64,000 nt of DNA, from contig JAZNEB010000012.1 of assembly GCA_045588365.1 (NCBI GenBank), forward strand, positions 1,245-65,244. Reading direction: 5' to 3'. The position numbers and the translations under genes were made by a program. How positions within the stretch are numbered: position 1 is the stretch's first letter; each line of letters opens with the position of its first letter. This document shows, piece by piece, positions 1 to 8,916 of the stretch. This DNA is from Clostridia bacterium. Its GTDB lineage: Bacteria; Bacillota; Clostridia; CAKSNL01; HGM11501. The notes below the pieces were generated by a model, which was not told the origin of the DNA, did no database searches, and worked only from the letters and a program-made list of their open reading frames with translations.

Positions 1-1
1 A

Positions 2-1798
2 TTGAACCGCCGTCAAAAGAACAACCCCTGCCTTTTGGGTGAGCCGGGTGTCGGTAAAACCGCCATTGCCGAGGGGCTGGCAGTTCGCATTATTGAAAAG
101 AAAGTTCCCGAAAAGCTTTTAGATAAGGAAATATACGCCCTTGATTTTACAGCCATTGTGGCGGGAACGCAGTTTCGTGGACAGTTTGAGGCACGATTAA
201 AAGGAATTATTGAGGAAGCAAAAAAGGTCGGCAATATAATTTTGGTTATCGACGAAATTCATAATATTATGGGAGCAGGAGATGCAGAGGGTGCTATGAA
301 CGCCGCCAATATCTTAAAGCCTGCCTTAGCCCGTGGTGCTGTGCAGATAATCGGCGCTACAACATTGACAGAGTACAGAAAGCACATTGAAAAGGACACC
401 GCCCTTGCCAGAAGATTTCAGACAATAGTGGTGGATGAGCCTTCGGTAGAGGAAACAGTAGAAATCTTAAAGGGGATAAGAGGCTACTACGAAAGCTATC
501 ACCATGTGATAATTTCCGACGAATGTTTAAGAGCGGCGGCAGTTTTGTCAGAGCGTTACTTAAACGAGAAATTTCTTCCCGATAAGGCTATCGACGTAAT
601 AGATGAGGCAGGCTCAAAGGCTAATTTGCAAAATGAAGCTCTGGCACGTCTTACGGTGTTAAAACGTGAGCTTAATTTAATGACAAACGAAAAAGAATCT
701 ATTGAAAATGACGACTCCATTGAATATTATAAAAAGATGTCCGAGTATAAGACTAAAGAGGAGCAGCTCTTAAAAGAAATTGAGGAGCTTGAAAAGGCAA
801 GCGATTATACGATTCTTGCCGTTGAGCACATCGCATCGGTTATCGAAAATATGACAAAGATACCTGTACAGAAAATAACCGAGCTTGAAACGGATAAGCT
901 TTTATCTTTAGAGGATATTCTCCATAAAAGGGTAATAGGACAGGACAAGGCGGTATCTGCCGTAGCAAGGGCAATAAGGAGAAACCGTGCGGGACTTTCC
1001 AAAAAATTAAGACCTGCCTCCTTTATATTCGTGGGTCCCACAGGAGTGGGCAAGACCGAGCTTGCCAAGGCTCTTGCTGAGGCTATGTTTGACAGCGAGG
1101 ACTATATTATCCGCATGGATATGACCGAATATATGGAAAAGCATTCCGTTGCCAAAATCATCGGCTCACCTCCTGGATATGTGGGCTATGACGATGCAGG
1201 TCAGCTTACGGAGAAAATAAGGAGAAGACCGTATTCGGTTATTTTACTTGACGAAATAGAAAAGGCACATCCTGACATACACAACATTTTACTTCAGATT
1301 TTAGACGACGGAAGATTAACCGACAGCCACGGAAAGGTGGTAAGCTTTGAGCACGCCATAATAATAATGACCTCAAATGCAGGCTCCGACTGGAAGGGTT
1401 CGGGACTGGGCTTTACTCCCGACGAGGCAAAAGCGGATTCTGAAAAGGTTAAAAGAGCACTTAAGGACGTTTTCCGTCCAGAGTTTTTGAACAGAGTGGA
1501 TGAGGTTGTTGTCTTTGAGCGTATTAAAAAGGACGATGCCTTGAAGATTGTGGATATTCTTTTATCAGACATTGAGTTTATGCTTTCTGAAAAAGGAATA
1601 AAGCTTGCCGTAAATCAGGAGGCAAAGGAATATATCGCATCAAAGGGATACGACGATAAAAACGGAGCAAGACCCATGCGCCACCTCATTACCAACGATT
1701 TAGAGGACGTGGTGGCAGAAGCAATTATACGGGGAAAGCTTAAGGCGGGAGATATCTGCAATATAGGAATTGTGGATAACAAGATAGCAGTAATATAA
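2..1798 (+). CDS. clpC: ATP-dependent Clp protease ATP-binding subunit ClpC (N-terminally truncated by the window edge)
   Basis: Walker [10 protein letters not shown] lies at the very start of the window, and a second AAA module ([25 protein letters not shown]) follows. The short ClpC-type middle linker and the C-terminal ClpB_D2-small domain are present. The ORF has no start codon because it runs off the 5' edge. Confidence 0.88.
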   Translation: MNRRQKNNPCLLGEPGVGKTAIAEGLAVRIIEKKVPEKLLDKEIYALDFTAIVAGTQFRGQFEARLKGIIEEAKKVGNIILVIDEIHNIMGAGDAEGAMNAANILKPALARGAVQIIGATTLTEYRKHIEKDTALARRFQTIVVDEPSVEETVEILKGIRGYYESYHHVIISDECLRAAAVLSERYLNEKFLPDKAIDVIDEAGSKANLQNEALARLTVLKRELNLMTNEKESIENDDSIEYYKKMSEYKTKEEQLLKEIEELEKASDYTILAVEHIASVIENMTKIPVQKITELETDKLLSLEDILHKRVIGQDKAVSAVARAIRRNRAGLSKKLRPASFIFVGPTGVGKTELAKALAEAMFDSEDYIIRMDMTEYMEKHSVAKIIGSPPGYVGYDDAGQLTEKIRRRPYSVILLDEIEKAHPDIHNILLQILDDGRLTDSHGKVVSFEHAIIIMTSNAGSDWKGSGLGFTPDEAKADSEKVKRALKDVFRPEFLNRVDEVVVFERIKKDDALKIVDILLSDIEFMLSEKGIKLAVNQEAKEYIASKGYDDKNGARPMRHLITNDLEDVVAEAIIRGKLKAGDICNIGIVDNKIAVI

Positions 1799-1801
1799 AA
1801 A

Positions 1802-1830
1802 AATGACATTCGCTTGGCGAATGTCATTTT
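1802..1830. terminator. bidirectional rho-independent terminator between clpC (+) and prmC (-)
   Basis: Perfect hairpin atgacattcgc-ttgg-gcgaatgtcat, with an A-run on one side and a T-run on the other. Confidence 0.7.
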
Positions 1831-2645
1831 TTTCTTCCTGTAACAACTCTTGGGTTTTGTCCCAAATCATAAAGGACTTTTATATCCTTGAAATCCTTTT
1901 CTAAAATTTCCGAAACTTCCCTTGCCTGGTCAAAACCGATTTCAAAAATTATAAGCCCGTTTTCATTAAGGGAAGATATGGCTTTTTCTGTGATAACCCT
2001 GTAAAATATAAGTCCGTCCCTTCCACCGTCCAGAGCCAGAGTCGGCTCGAAATCCTTAACGTCAGAATCAAGAGTTTCCAAAACATCGGTTCTGATATAA
2101 GGCGGATTTGAAATGATGGCATCGAATTTTCCGGGGATTTCTTCTTTCAGAATATCAAGCCTTGAAAATTTAATGCTGACAGAGTTGTTTTCGGCATTGC
2201 ACCTTGCAATATCAAGGGCTTCATCACTTATATCCACGGCAGAAACATCTAAATCTTTTCCAAACTTCGCTAAAGAAACGGCTATTGCACCCGAGCCCGT
2301 GCCGATATCTAAAACCGAGCCTTTACAGTTTTCTATGGCGTATTCAACCAAGGTTTCCGTATCGGGTCGGGGAATGAGCACGCCTTTTTTTACAGAAAAA
2401 GTAAGTCCCATAAATTCCTTTTTTTCAAGGATGTAGGCCATGGGTTCTGAATTTTTCCTTCTTTCCAGACAGGTCTTAAATAAATCAAGATTCTCTTCTG
2501 AAAGGACTTCATCTCTGTTTTTTATGAGAAAAAGCTTATCGCAGCCTAAAACCTTTTCCAAAAGAAGTGAAGCATCAAGAGAAGCTGAATCACTTACATC
2601 TTTAAGAAAAGAAGTGCCGAAGCGCAAGGCTTCCTTGATTACCAT
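1824..2645 (-). CDS. prmC: peptide chain release factor N5-glutamine methyltransferase PrmC/HemK
   Basis: SAM-binding motif VLDIGTGSGAIA and catalytic NPPY motif (ISNPPYIRTD). Confidence 0.88.
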   Translation of the reverse strand: MVIKEALRFGTSFLKDVSDSASLDASLLLEKVLGCDKLFLIKNRDEVLSEENLDLFKTCLERRKNSEPMAYILEKKEFMGLTFSVKKGVLIPRPDTETLVEYAIENCKGSVLDIGTGSGAIAVSLAKFGKDLDVSAVDISDEALDIARCNAENNSVSIKFSRLDILKEEIPGKFDAIISNPPYIRTDVLETLDSDVKDFEPTLALDGGRDGLIFYRVITEKAISSLNENGLIIFEIGFDQAREVSEILEKDFKDIKVLYDLGQNPRVVTGRKK

Positions 2646-3580
2646 TTGTCATTTTCTCCTTCTTCGGGCAGGACAGGTGTCATTGCGGCAATGGCAATTT
2701 CAATCATGGAATCGTCAGGCTCTTTCGTGGTTATTTTCTGAAGCAAAAGTCCGGGTTTGCTTAAAAGGGCAACTATTTTACTTTCGCTTCTGCCAGCCCA
2801 TTTTATAATTTCAAAGGAAACTCCTGCAATAAAGGGAAGACATAAAAGCTTTATTATGATACGAAGCCATATAACGTCTACCTTTACAAATGCGAAAACC
2901 AGAATACTGATTAAAAGAACAAAAACAAGGAAGCTGGTTCCGCAACGGGGGTGGAGTCTGCTCTGGTTACGGCAGTTTTCCACGGTAAGGGGAAGACCTG
3001 CCTCGTAGCAATAAATTGTCTTATGCTCTGCGCCGTGATACATAAATACACGCTTTACGTCCTTTTGCATGGTGCATAAAAGAATGTAGCCCAAAAAGAT
3101 TACAATTCTCGAAACACTTTCGGCAATGCTCCTGATAACTGCTATTGTGTCGGAAGATGCAGATTTGAATAAAAAGGCAATTCCCTCACCAATAAGCATG
3201 GGGAGGAGGAAGAAAAGTCCTATGCTCATTAAAATGGCAAGTACAACAGAAAAGTAAATTACAACATTTTTAAGGTTGTCCCCGAATTTCTTTGAAAGCC
3301 ATGCTTCAAATTTTGATTCGGATTCCTCTTCCTCTATATCCACAAATTCAGCACTCCATAAAAGGGCCTTCATGCTTGTAACCATAGAAACAAAAAAAGC
3401 AATAATTCCTCTTATAACGGGGATTTTACTCCATAAACTTTTATTTATCTCTATATCGGAAACCTTAAGCTCAATTTCTCCGTCGCTTTTTCTTACGGCA
3501 ATGCCCATTTTGGACGGGCCTCTCATCATAATTCCTTCAATCAGGGCAGAACCGCCTATTGAGGTTTTTTTCTTTTCCAT
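2639..3580 (-). CDS. DUF1385 family protein (YqhQ-like membrane-associated protein commonly encoded next to prmC)
   Basis: N-terminus GGSALIEGIMMRGPSKMGIAVR and motif YHGAEHK, followed by several TM helices. Its start overlaps prmC by 7 nt, consistent with an operon. Confidence 0.65.
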   Translation of the reverse strand: MEKKKTSIGGSALIEGIMMRGPSKMGIAVRKSDGEIELKVSDIEINKSLWSKIPVIRGIIAFFVSMVTSMKALLWSAEFVDIEEEESESKFEAWLSKKFGDNLKNVVIYFSVVLAILMSIGLFFLLPMLIGEGIAFLFKSASSDTIAVIRSIAESVSRIVIFLGYILLCTMQKDVKRVFMYHGAEHKTIYCYEAGLPLTVENCRNQSRLHPRCGTSFLVFVLLISILVFAFVKVDVIWLRIIIKLLCLPFIAGVSFEIIKWAGRSESKIVALLSKPGLLLQKITTKEPDDSMIEIAIAAMTPVLPEEGENDKW

Positions 3581-3786
3581 GGCAATTTCCTTTCATTAAA
3601 TAATAAGCCGTTTGACTGAATTTATTATATCAAAAAAACGTGATTTTTTCAAGGTTTATTTGGTAAATGACGAAAAAAACATAAATTTTTCTGAGCATAT
3701 AGTTTTTTTTGTGTATTATGTTCAAAGGCTATATAAGTATTTTATACTAAACAACCAAAAAAAAATAAAATTCGCTAAAATTTCTA

Positions 3787-3815
3787 TTGATTTTTTGTGC
3801 AAAGTGGTGTATAAT
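3787..3815 (+). promoter_or_regulatory. sigma-A type promoter for the large-SBP transporter locus
   Basis: TTGATT -35 (3787-3792), 17-nt spacer, TGTATAAT extended -10 (3808-3815). It lies in a 340-nt AT-rich intergenic region and is followed by a leader of about 105 nt before RBS aggagg. Confidence 0.5.
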
Positions 3816-3922
3816 AAAGTACATGTCTTTTTGCCATTGTAAAAAATGCTTAAATTTTCCAATTATTGGCAAAAGTTACAATAAGATGCGGCAAAAGTAC
3901 TTAACTTACAGGAGGTTTTAAA

Positions 3923-6900
3923 ATGACGGCAAGAAAAGTTACGGCAGTATTACTTGCGATGCTCATGGCGGCAACGGGATTTACCGCTATGGTCGGAAAT
4001 GATGCTTACGCCAGTGCAAGCACTACGTTTAACGCTCTGGAATTTGACTATGACAGAAACAACGTATATGCTGGTTTTCTGGAAAAGCACTCAGATGCGG
4101 AAAGACCCGAGGCGGAGGTTTTGGTTTTGGGTTCCGCATTTGACAGTGCGAAAAGCTCTGCAGGTGTTACTGCAATAGAAAGCTTTGACGGAATTGACAA
4201 CGTTGCAGAAATAATGGAGGATGTTCAGAAGGCGGTATATGAGGTTAATGTACCTGAAGCCGGCTTATATAACATTTCCTATTCCGTAAGAAGCCATGAA
4301 GCCATTAAGAACGATATTGAATTCGGAGTTATGATAAACGACGAATATCAGTACAACGAGTCTATGGCTATAAGATCTTTCAGAGGCTTTAAAAACAAGG
4401 ATGAGGATTTCGGTATTGAAGCTGATGAAAACGGAAATCTTACGGCTAAGTTTTTGCAGGATAGAGGTAACGATTTAAGACCCAGACAGGTTAAGGATAT
4501 CAAGTGGAGAACCGAATGGATTTATGATGCTGAGGGACTTATTGAAGCTCCTTTGCTTTTCTACTTTGATGAGGGTGTAAACACCTTGAGCTTTGAAACT
4601 GTGGGCGAGCCCTTTTATCTTGCTGATATAAAAATTGCACAGTTTGTTGAGCCCAAGCCTTATAAAGAAGTTTTAGCAGAATATGAAGCTAAGGGCTACA
4701 AGAGTGTAAATTCTCAGATAAAGATTCAGGCTGAAACAGCAAACGAATTTTCTCATTCATCACTTTACCCCTTATCTGAGAGAAATAATCCTCAGATGGA
4801 ACCCAGCCACACAAGCAAGACCAGACTCAATGCATCAGGCGGTTCTAACTGGGGCAGTGCAAGAAGCTGGCTTAAGTGGACATTCACCGCTCCTGAATCA
4901 GGACTTTATAATCTGGCAATAAAGTTTGAGCAGAGCGACTATGTGGGTATGTTTGCCACAAGAAGCCTTAAGATTGACGGGGAATATCCTTTCCAGGAAA
5001 TGAAGTATCTCCGTTTCGGCTATGATTCAGACTGGCAGTTTTTAATTCCTTCCGATGAAGAAGGCAATCCCTATTACATATATCTTGAAAAAGGTGAGCA
5101 CACAATGCAGATGACAGTAAGCCTTGGCGAAATGGCATCCATTGTTGACAGACTCACAACAGTTGTATATAAGCTTAATAAAGTATACAGCGACGTGGTA
5201 ATGATTGCTTCAACCACTCCTGACCAGTACAGAGACTATTACTATACAAAGAATATCCCGACTTTGGATAGTGATTTGAGATGGGCGAGAGAAGAACTTT
5301 CCTCTATAAAGCAGGAAATTTTGGATATAACCGGAACAGGAAGCAACCAGACTGCTACACTGGAAACCTTTGTTCTTCAGCTTGATGCTCTTATTGCAAA
5401 GCCTGAGGGCTTCAGCAAGAGACTTGAAACCTTCAAAAACAATATAGCATCCATCAGCCAGTGGATTATAGACAATAAAAATCAGCCCATAAAAATTGAC
5501 TATTTTGTTCTTGGCGGAGATAACATGGAGCTTGAAGGAGCTAAGGCGGGATTTTTCAAGAGCCTTTGGTCCGGAACAAAGAGCTTCTTCGCATCCTTCT
5601 ATGAAGACTATGATGTTATAGGCGCAGTTGAGGGAGACGGAAGAAAGGTTAAGGTATGGATAAATACCGGCCGTGATCAGATAAACATTATAAATAATAT
5701 GATAAATGACGAATTTACTCCCGAGACAGGGGTAAACGTTCAGCTTGAGCTTGTACAGGGTAACATGATTGAGGCTACACTTGCAGGAAAAGGACCCGAC
5801 GTTGCTCTTATGATTGCATCTGACCAGCCTGTAAACTATGCTATACGAAATGCTCTTGTTGACCTTTCAAAGTTCGGTGAAATGGACTTGGACGGCGACG
5901 GAGTTAATGAAGTAAAATCCTTTGCTGATGTATTTGGAAGATTCCAGCATCAGAATTTTGAAGCCTTTGCATTCCAGATGAACGAGCATAAGGACGAGGA
6001 AAAGGAAAAAGAAGGCGAAATCTGGATCTGCGAAGTATGCGGAACAGAAAATAACCAGGGTATATGCACAACCTGTAACTACAAGAAATACTATGCATAT
6101 TATGCAATTCCCGAAACCCAGACCTTTAATATGATGTTCTACCGTAAGGACATTTTGGCGCAGCTTGGTCTCGGTGTTCCCGAAACATGGGATGATTTCT
6201 TCGCACTTTTACCCGTAATCAGAAGAAACAATCTGCAGATAGGTGTTCCTGCTGCCACAATGTATCAGATTTTGCTCTATCAGTATGACGGGGCTTACTA
6301 TACAGAAGACAAGCACGCATCAGGCTTTACCACACCTGAAGCAGAGGCGGCATTTATAAAGGTATCCGACTGTTTCGTAAAATACGATTTCCCCATTTCC
6401 TTCGACTTCTATACAAGATTCAGAAGCGGTGAAATGCCCATATCCATTCAGCCCTATACTCAGTACAACAGAGTTAATGCGGCAGCACCTGAAATTCAGG
6501 GACTCTGGGATATGACCAAGGTACCAGGAACAATCAGAGAAGACGGAAGAATGGACAACAGCCAGATAGTTACATCTGCAGGATGCATCATGTTTAATAA
6601 GACAGAGGATAAGGATGCAGCCTGGGCATTTATAGAATGGTACACAAGAGACGATATGCAGACCCGTTACGGTGAAGAACTTGAATCCGTAATGGGTGCG
6701 GCAGGACGTTATGCGGCTGCAAACTTAAAGGCATTCAACTCCCTTGCATGGACAAGAGAACAGACAAAGCTTCTGACAGAACAGATGGAACAGATTGTCG
6801 GTGTACCCGAGGTTCCCGGAAGCTATCTTACAGCAAGAACAATTACACTGGCATTCAACGATGCATATATTGAACTTGAAAATCCCTATAAGGCTCTGGC

Positions 6901-6964
6901 AGAAAGAACAGAGGACTTAAATGAGGAAATCACAAGAAAATATGCAGAATTCGGATTATATTGA
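3923..6964 (+). CDS. very large extracellular solute-binding protein (SBP_bac_1-like C-terminal half) with an N-terminal tandem beta-sandwich region and an internal zinc-ribbon insertion
   Basis: Signal peptide ending AYA/SAS with no lipobox Cys. The N-terminal roughly 500 aa contain two repeats of a PE(A/S)GLYN(I/L) motif. The C-terminal roughly 500 aa resemble family-1 sugar SBPs (KVWINTGRDQINII, GKGPDVALM). A CEVCGTENNQGICTTCNYKKYY insertion is present. Permease genes follow immediately. Confidence 0.65.
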   Translation: MTARKVTAVLLAMLMAATGFTAMVGNDAYASASTTFNALEFDYDRNNVYAGFLEKHSDAERPEAEVLVLGSAFDSAKSSAGVTAIESFDGIDNVAEIMEDVQKAVYEVNVPEAGLYNISYSVRSHEAIKNDIEFGVMINDEYQYNESMAIRSFRGFKNKDEDFGIEADENGNLTAKFLQDRGNDLRPRQVKDIKWRTEWIYDAEGLIEAPLLFYFDEGVNTLSFETVGEPFYLADIKIAQFVEPKPYKEVLAEYEAKGYKSVNSQIKIQAETANEFSHSSLYPLSERNNPQMEPSHTSKTRLNASGGSNWGSARSWLKWTFTAPESGLYNLAIKFEQSDYVGMFATRSLKIDGEYPFQEMKYLRFGYDSDWQFLIPSDEEGNPYYIYLEKGEHTMQMTVSLGEMASIVDRLTTVVYKLNKVYSDVVMIASTTPDQYRDYYYTKNIPTLDSDLRWAREELSSIKQEILDITGTGSNQTATLETFVLQLDALIAKPEGFSKRLETFKNNIASISQWIIDNKNQPIKIDYFVLGGDNMELEGAKAGFFKSLWSGTKSFFASFYEDYDVIGAVEGDGRKVKVWINTGRDQINIINNMINDEFTPETGVNVQLELVQGNMIEATLAGKGPDVALMIASDQPVNYAIRNALVDLSKFGEMDLDGDGVNEVKSFADVFGRFQHQNFEAFAFQMNEHKDEEKEKEGEIWICEVCGTENNQGICTTCNYKKYYAYYAIPETQTFNMMFYRKDILAQLGLGVPETWDDFFALLPVIRRNNLQIGVPAATMYQILLYQYDGAYYTEDKHASGFTTPEAEAAFIKVSDCFVKYDFPISFDFYTRFRSGEMPISIQPYTQYNRVNAAAPEIQGLWDMTKVPGTIREDGRMDNSQIVTSAGCIMFNKTEDKDAAWAFIEWYTRDDMQTRYGEELESVMGAAGRYAAANLKAFNSLAWTREQTKLLTEQMEQIVGVPEVPGSYLTARTITLAFNDAYIELENPYKALAERTEDLNEEITRKYAEFGLY

Positions 6965-6979
6965 TAGGAGGGATGGATT

Positions 6980-7915
6980 TTGTTTACTAAAAAGAAAAAG
7001 GAAGGCTCTCTTCCTAACGAAAACGTAAAAAATACGTGGCTTGAAATAAAGAAGAATAAATCCAACTACCTTCTTGTAGCACCGTACATGATAATTTTCT
7101 TGATTTTTACGGTTATCCCCGTAATTTCCTCAATGGTTTTGAGCTTTACATACTTTAACCTTCTTGAATTTCCCGAATGGAGAGGCTGGCTTAACTATCA
7201 GAGACTTTTCCTTGAGGACGACATATTCATGATTGGTCTTAAGAATACACTGATGTTCGCATTCATTTTAGGTCCCACAAGCTATGTGCTGTGCTTCCTT
7301 TTTGCATGGCTGGTAAATGAATTGCCCCCGAAAATCAGAGCATTTATGACGCTTTTATTCTACGCTCCTTCAATATGCTCTTCGGTTTACACAATCTGGC
7401 TTTTCATATTCAGCGGCGACGCCAATGGTCTTGTGAATTCCTACCTTTTGAAATTGGGTTGGATAAATAAACCTATTCAGTTCTACACAGATACGAATTA
7501 TAACGTAACCATTATTATAGTAATTCAGTTGTGGCTCAGCTTGGGAACCAGCTTCCTTTCATTTATCGCAGGTTTCCAGTCTCTGGACAAGAGCTATTTT
7601 GAGGCAGGTGCCATCGACGGTATCAAAAACCGTTTCCAGGAGCTTATATACATAACAATTCCTGAAATGAGACCTCAGATGATGTTCGGTGCCGTAATGC
7701 AGATTTCATCATCCTTCAGCGTTGGTCCCATCTGCCGAACATTGGGTGGTTTCCCCAGTACGGACTATTCGCTCCGTACCATAACCACACATATTTACGA
7801 CTATGGTCAGACCCGTTACGAAATGGGTTATGCATCAGCTATTGCATTTTTCCTTTGCGTAATGATGATAGTAACAAGAAACCTGATGGCAAAACTCATC
7901 AGGGTAGATGATTAA
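6980..7915 (+). CDS. carbohydrate ABC transporter permease (MalF/LplB-like)
   Basis: Six TM helices and an EAA-like loop (EAGAIDGIKNRFQELIYITIPEMRP). TTG start at 6980 lies 7 nt downstream of RBS aggaggg. Confidence 0.85.
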   Translation: MFTKKKKEGSLPNENVKNTWLEIKKNKSNYLLVAPYMIIFLIFTVIPVISSMVLSFTYFNLLEFPEWRGWLNYQRLFLEDDIFMIGLKNTLMFAFILGPTSYVLCFLFAWLVNELPPKIRAFMTLLFYAPSICSSVYTIWLFIFSGDANGLVNSYLLKLGWINKPIQFYTDTNYNVTIIIVIQLWLSLGTSFLSFIAGFQSLDKSYFEAGAIDGIKNRFQELIYITIPEMRPQMMFGAVMQISSSFSVGPICRTLGGFPSTDYSLRTITTHIYDYGQTRYEMGYASAIAFFLCVMMIVTRNLMAKLIRVDD

Positions 7916-7931
7916 GAAGGGAGGAACAAAA

Positions 7932-8900
7932 ATGTCAAACACAGCAATAATGTCATCCGGAAATACGGAAGTTAATGTAAATGATCTTCCCGAAGAATTA
8001 CGTGAACATGTTCCTCCGAAAAAGATGAGGGTGAGAAAAAAGAGAGTAAACCGTTCAGCAGGCGGCGACACTTTAGTTGTATTTTTCCTCGTTATAATGG
8101 CACTTTTCATGGGCGTTCCCCTTTACTATTCAATAGTATGTGCCTTTAAGCCCTTGAACGAGCTTTTCATTTTCCCTCCCAGATTTTACGTAGTACAGCC
8201 CACTTTATCAAATTTCAAGCAGGTATTTGACCTGGCGTCTGATTTGTGGGTACCCTTCTCACGTTACGTATTTAACAGTATTTTCGTAAGTATAACTTCA
8301 ACTGTGGGACACGTTATTTTAGCTTCAATGGCTGCGTATCCCCTTGAAAAGGCGAAGTTCCCGGGTTCTAAGGGAATGTTCCAGCTTGTACAGATTACAC
8401 TTCTTTTCACAGGCGGAACCATGGCTGTTCCTCAGTATGTTGTAATGGCTCTTTTGGGCTTTGTTAACTCTTACTGGGCGCTTATACTTCCTGCAGTTGG
8501 CTCAAGCCTCGGTCTTTTCCTTATGAAGCAGTTTATGAGAGGTATTCCCGATTCAATGCTTGAAGCAGCGAAAATTGACGGAGCTAACGAATTTACAATT
8601 TTCTGGAAATTGGTTATGCCCAACGTTAAGCCTGCATGGCTTACACTTTCAATTTTCTCTTTCCAGGGTATATGGAACAATACCGGTAATAACTTTATAT
8701 ATTCGGAAGAACTTAAAATGCTTCCCACTGCCTTAAACCAGATTTATGCGGCTGATGCTGCAACAGGTGTAGGTAACGTTGCCCGTCAGGGTGCAGCGGC
8801 AGCGGTTGCGCTCATTTTGATGATTCCGCCGATTATATTCTTTGTTATAACACAGAGTAATGTCATCGAAACCATGGCATTCTCCGGTATGAAAGACTGA
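7932..8900 (+). CDS. carbohydrate ABC transporter permease (MalG/LplC-like)
   Basis: EAA motif EAAKIDGANEFTIFWKLVMP. Internal ATG at 7932 is preferred over 7908 because of the upstream RBS gaagggagg. Confidence 0.85.
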   Translation: MSNTAIMSSGNTEVNVNDLPEELREHVPPKKMRVRKKRVNRSAGGDTLVVFFLVIMALFMGVPLYYSIVCAFKPLNELFIFPPRFYVVQPTLSNFKQVFDLASDLWVPFSRYVFNSIFVSITSTVGHVILASMAAYPLEKAKFPGSKGMFQLVQITLLFTGGTMAVPQYVVMALLGFVNSYWALILPAVGSSLGLFLMKQFMRGIPDSMLEAAKIDGANEFTIFWKLVMPNVKPAWLTLSIFSFQGIWNNTGNNFIYSEELKMLPTALNQIYAADAATGVGNVARQGAAAAVALILMIPPIIFFVITQSNVIETMAFSGMKD

Positions 8901-8916
8901 TAGGAGGGGAGAAAAT

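Noticed and set aside
13-1827. Antisense ORFs within clpC (13-234, 805-1068, 1294-1572, 1615-1827 on the minus strand)
   Set aside because: They lie entirely inside a well-conserved clpC reading frame and have low-complexity Ser/Phe-rich translations with no RBS. They are typical shadow ORFs.
2113-2808. Plus-strand ORFs 2113-2436, 2440-2808 and 2757-3008 overlapping prmC and the DUF1385 gene
   Set aside because: They are antisense to conserved genes, have no start context, and have compositionally biased products.
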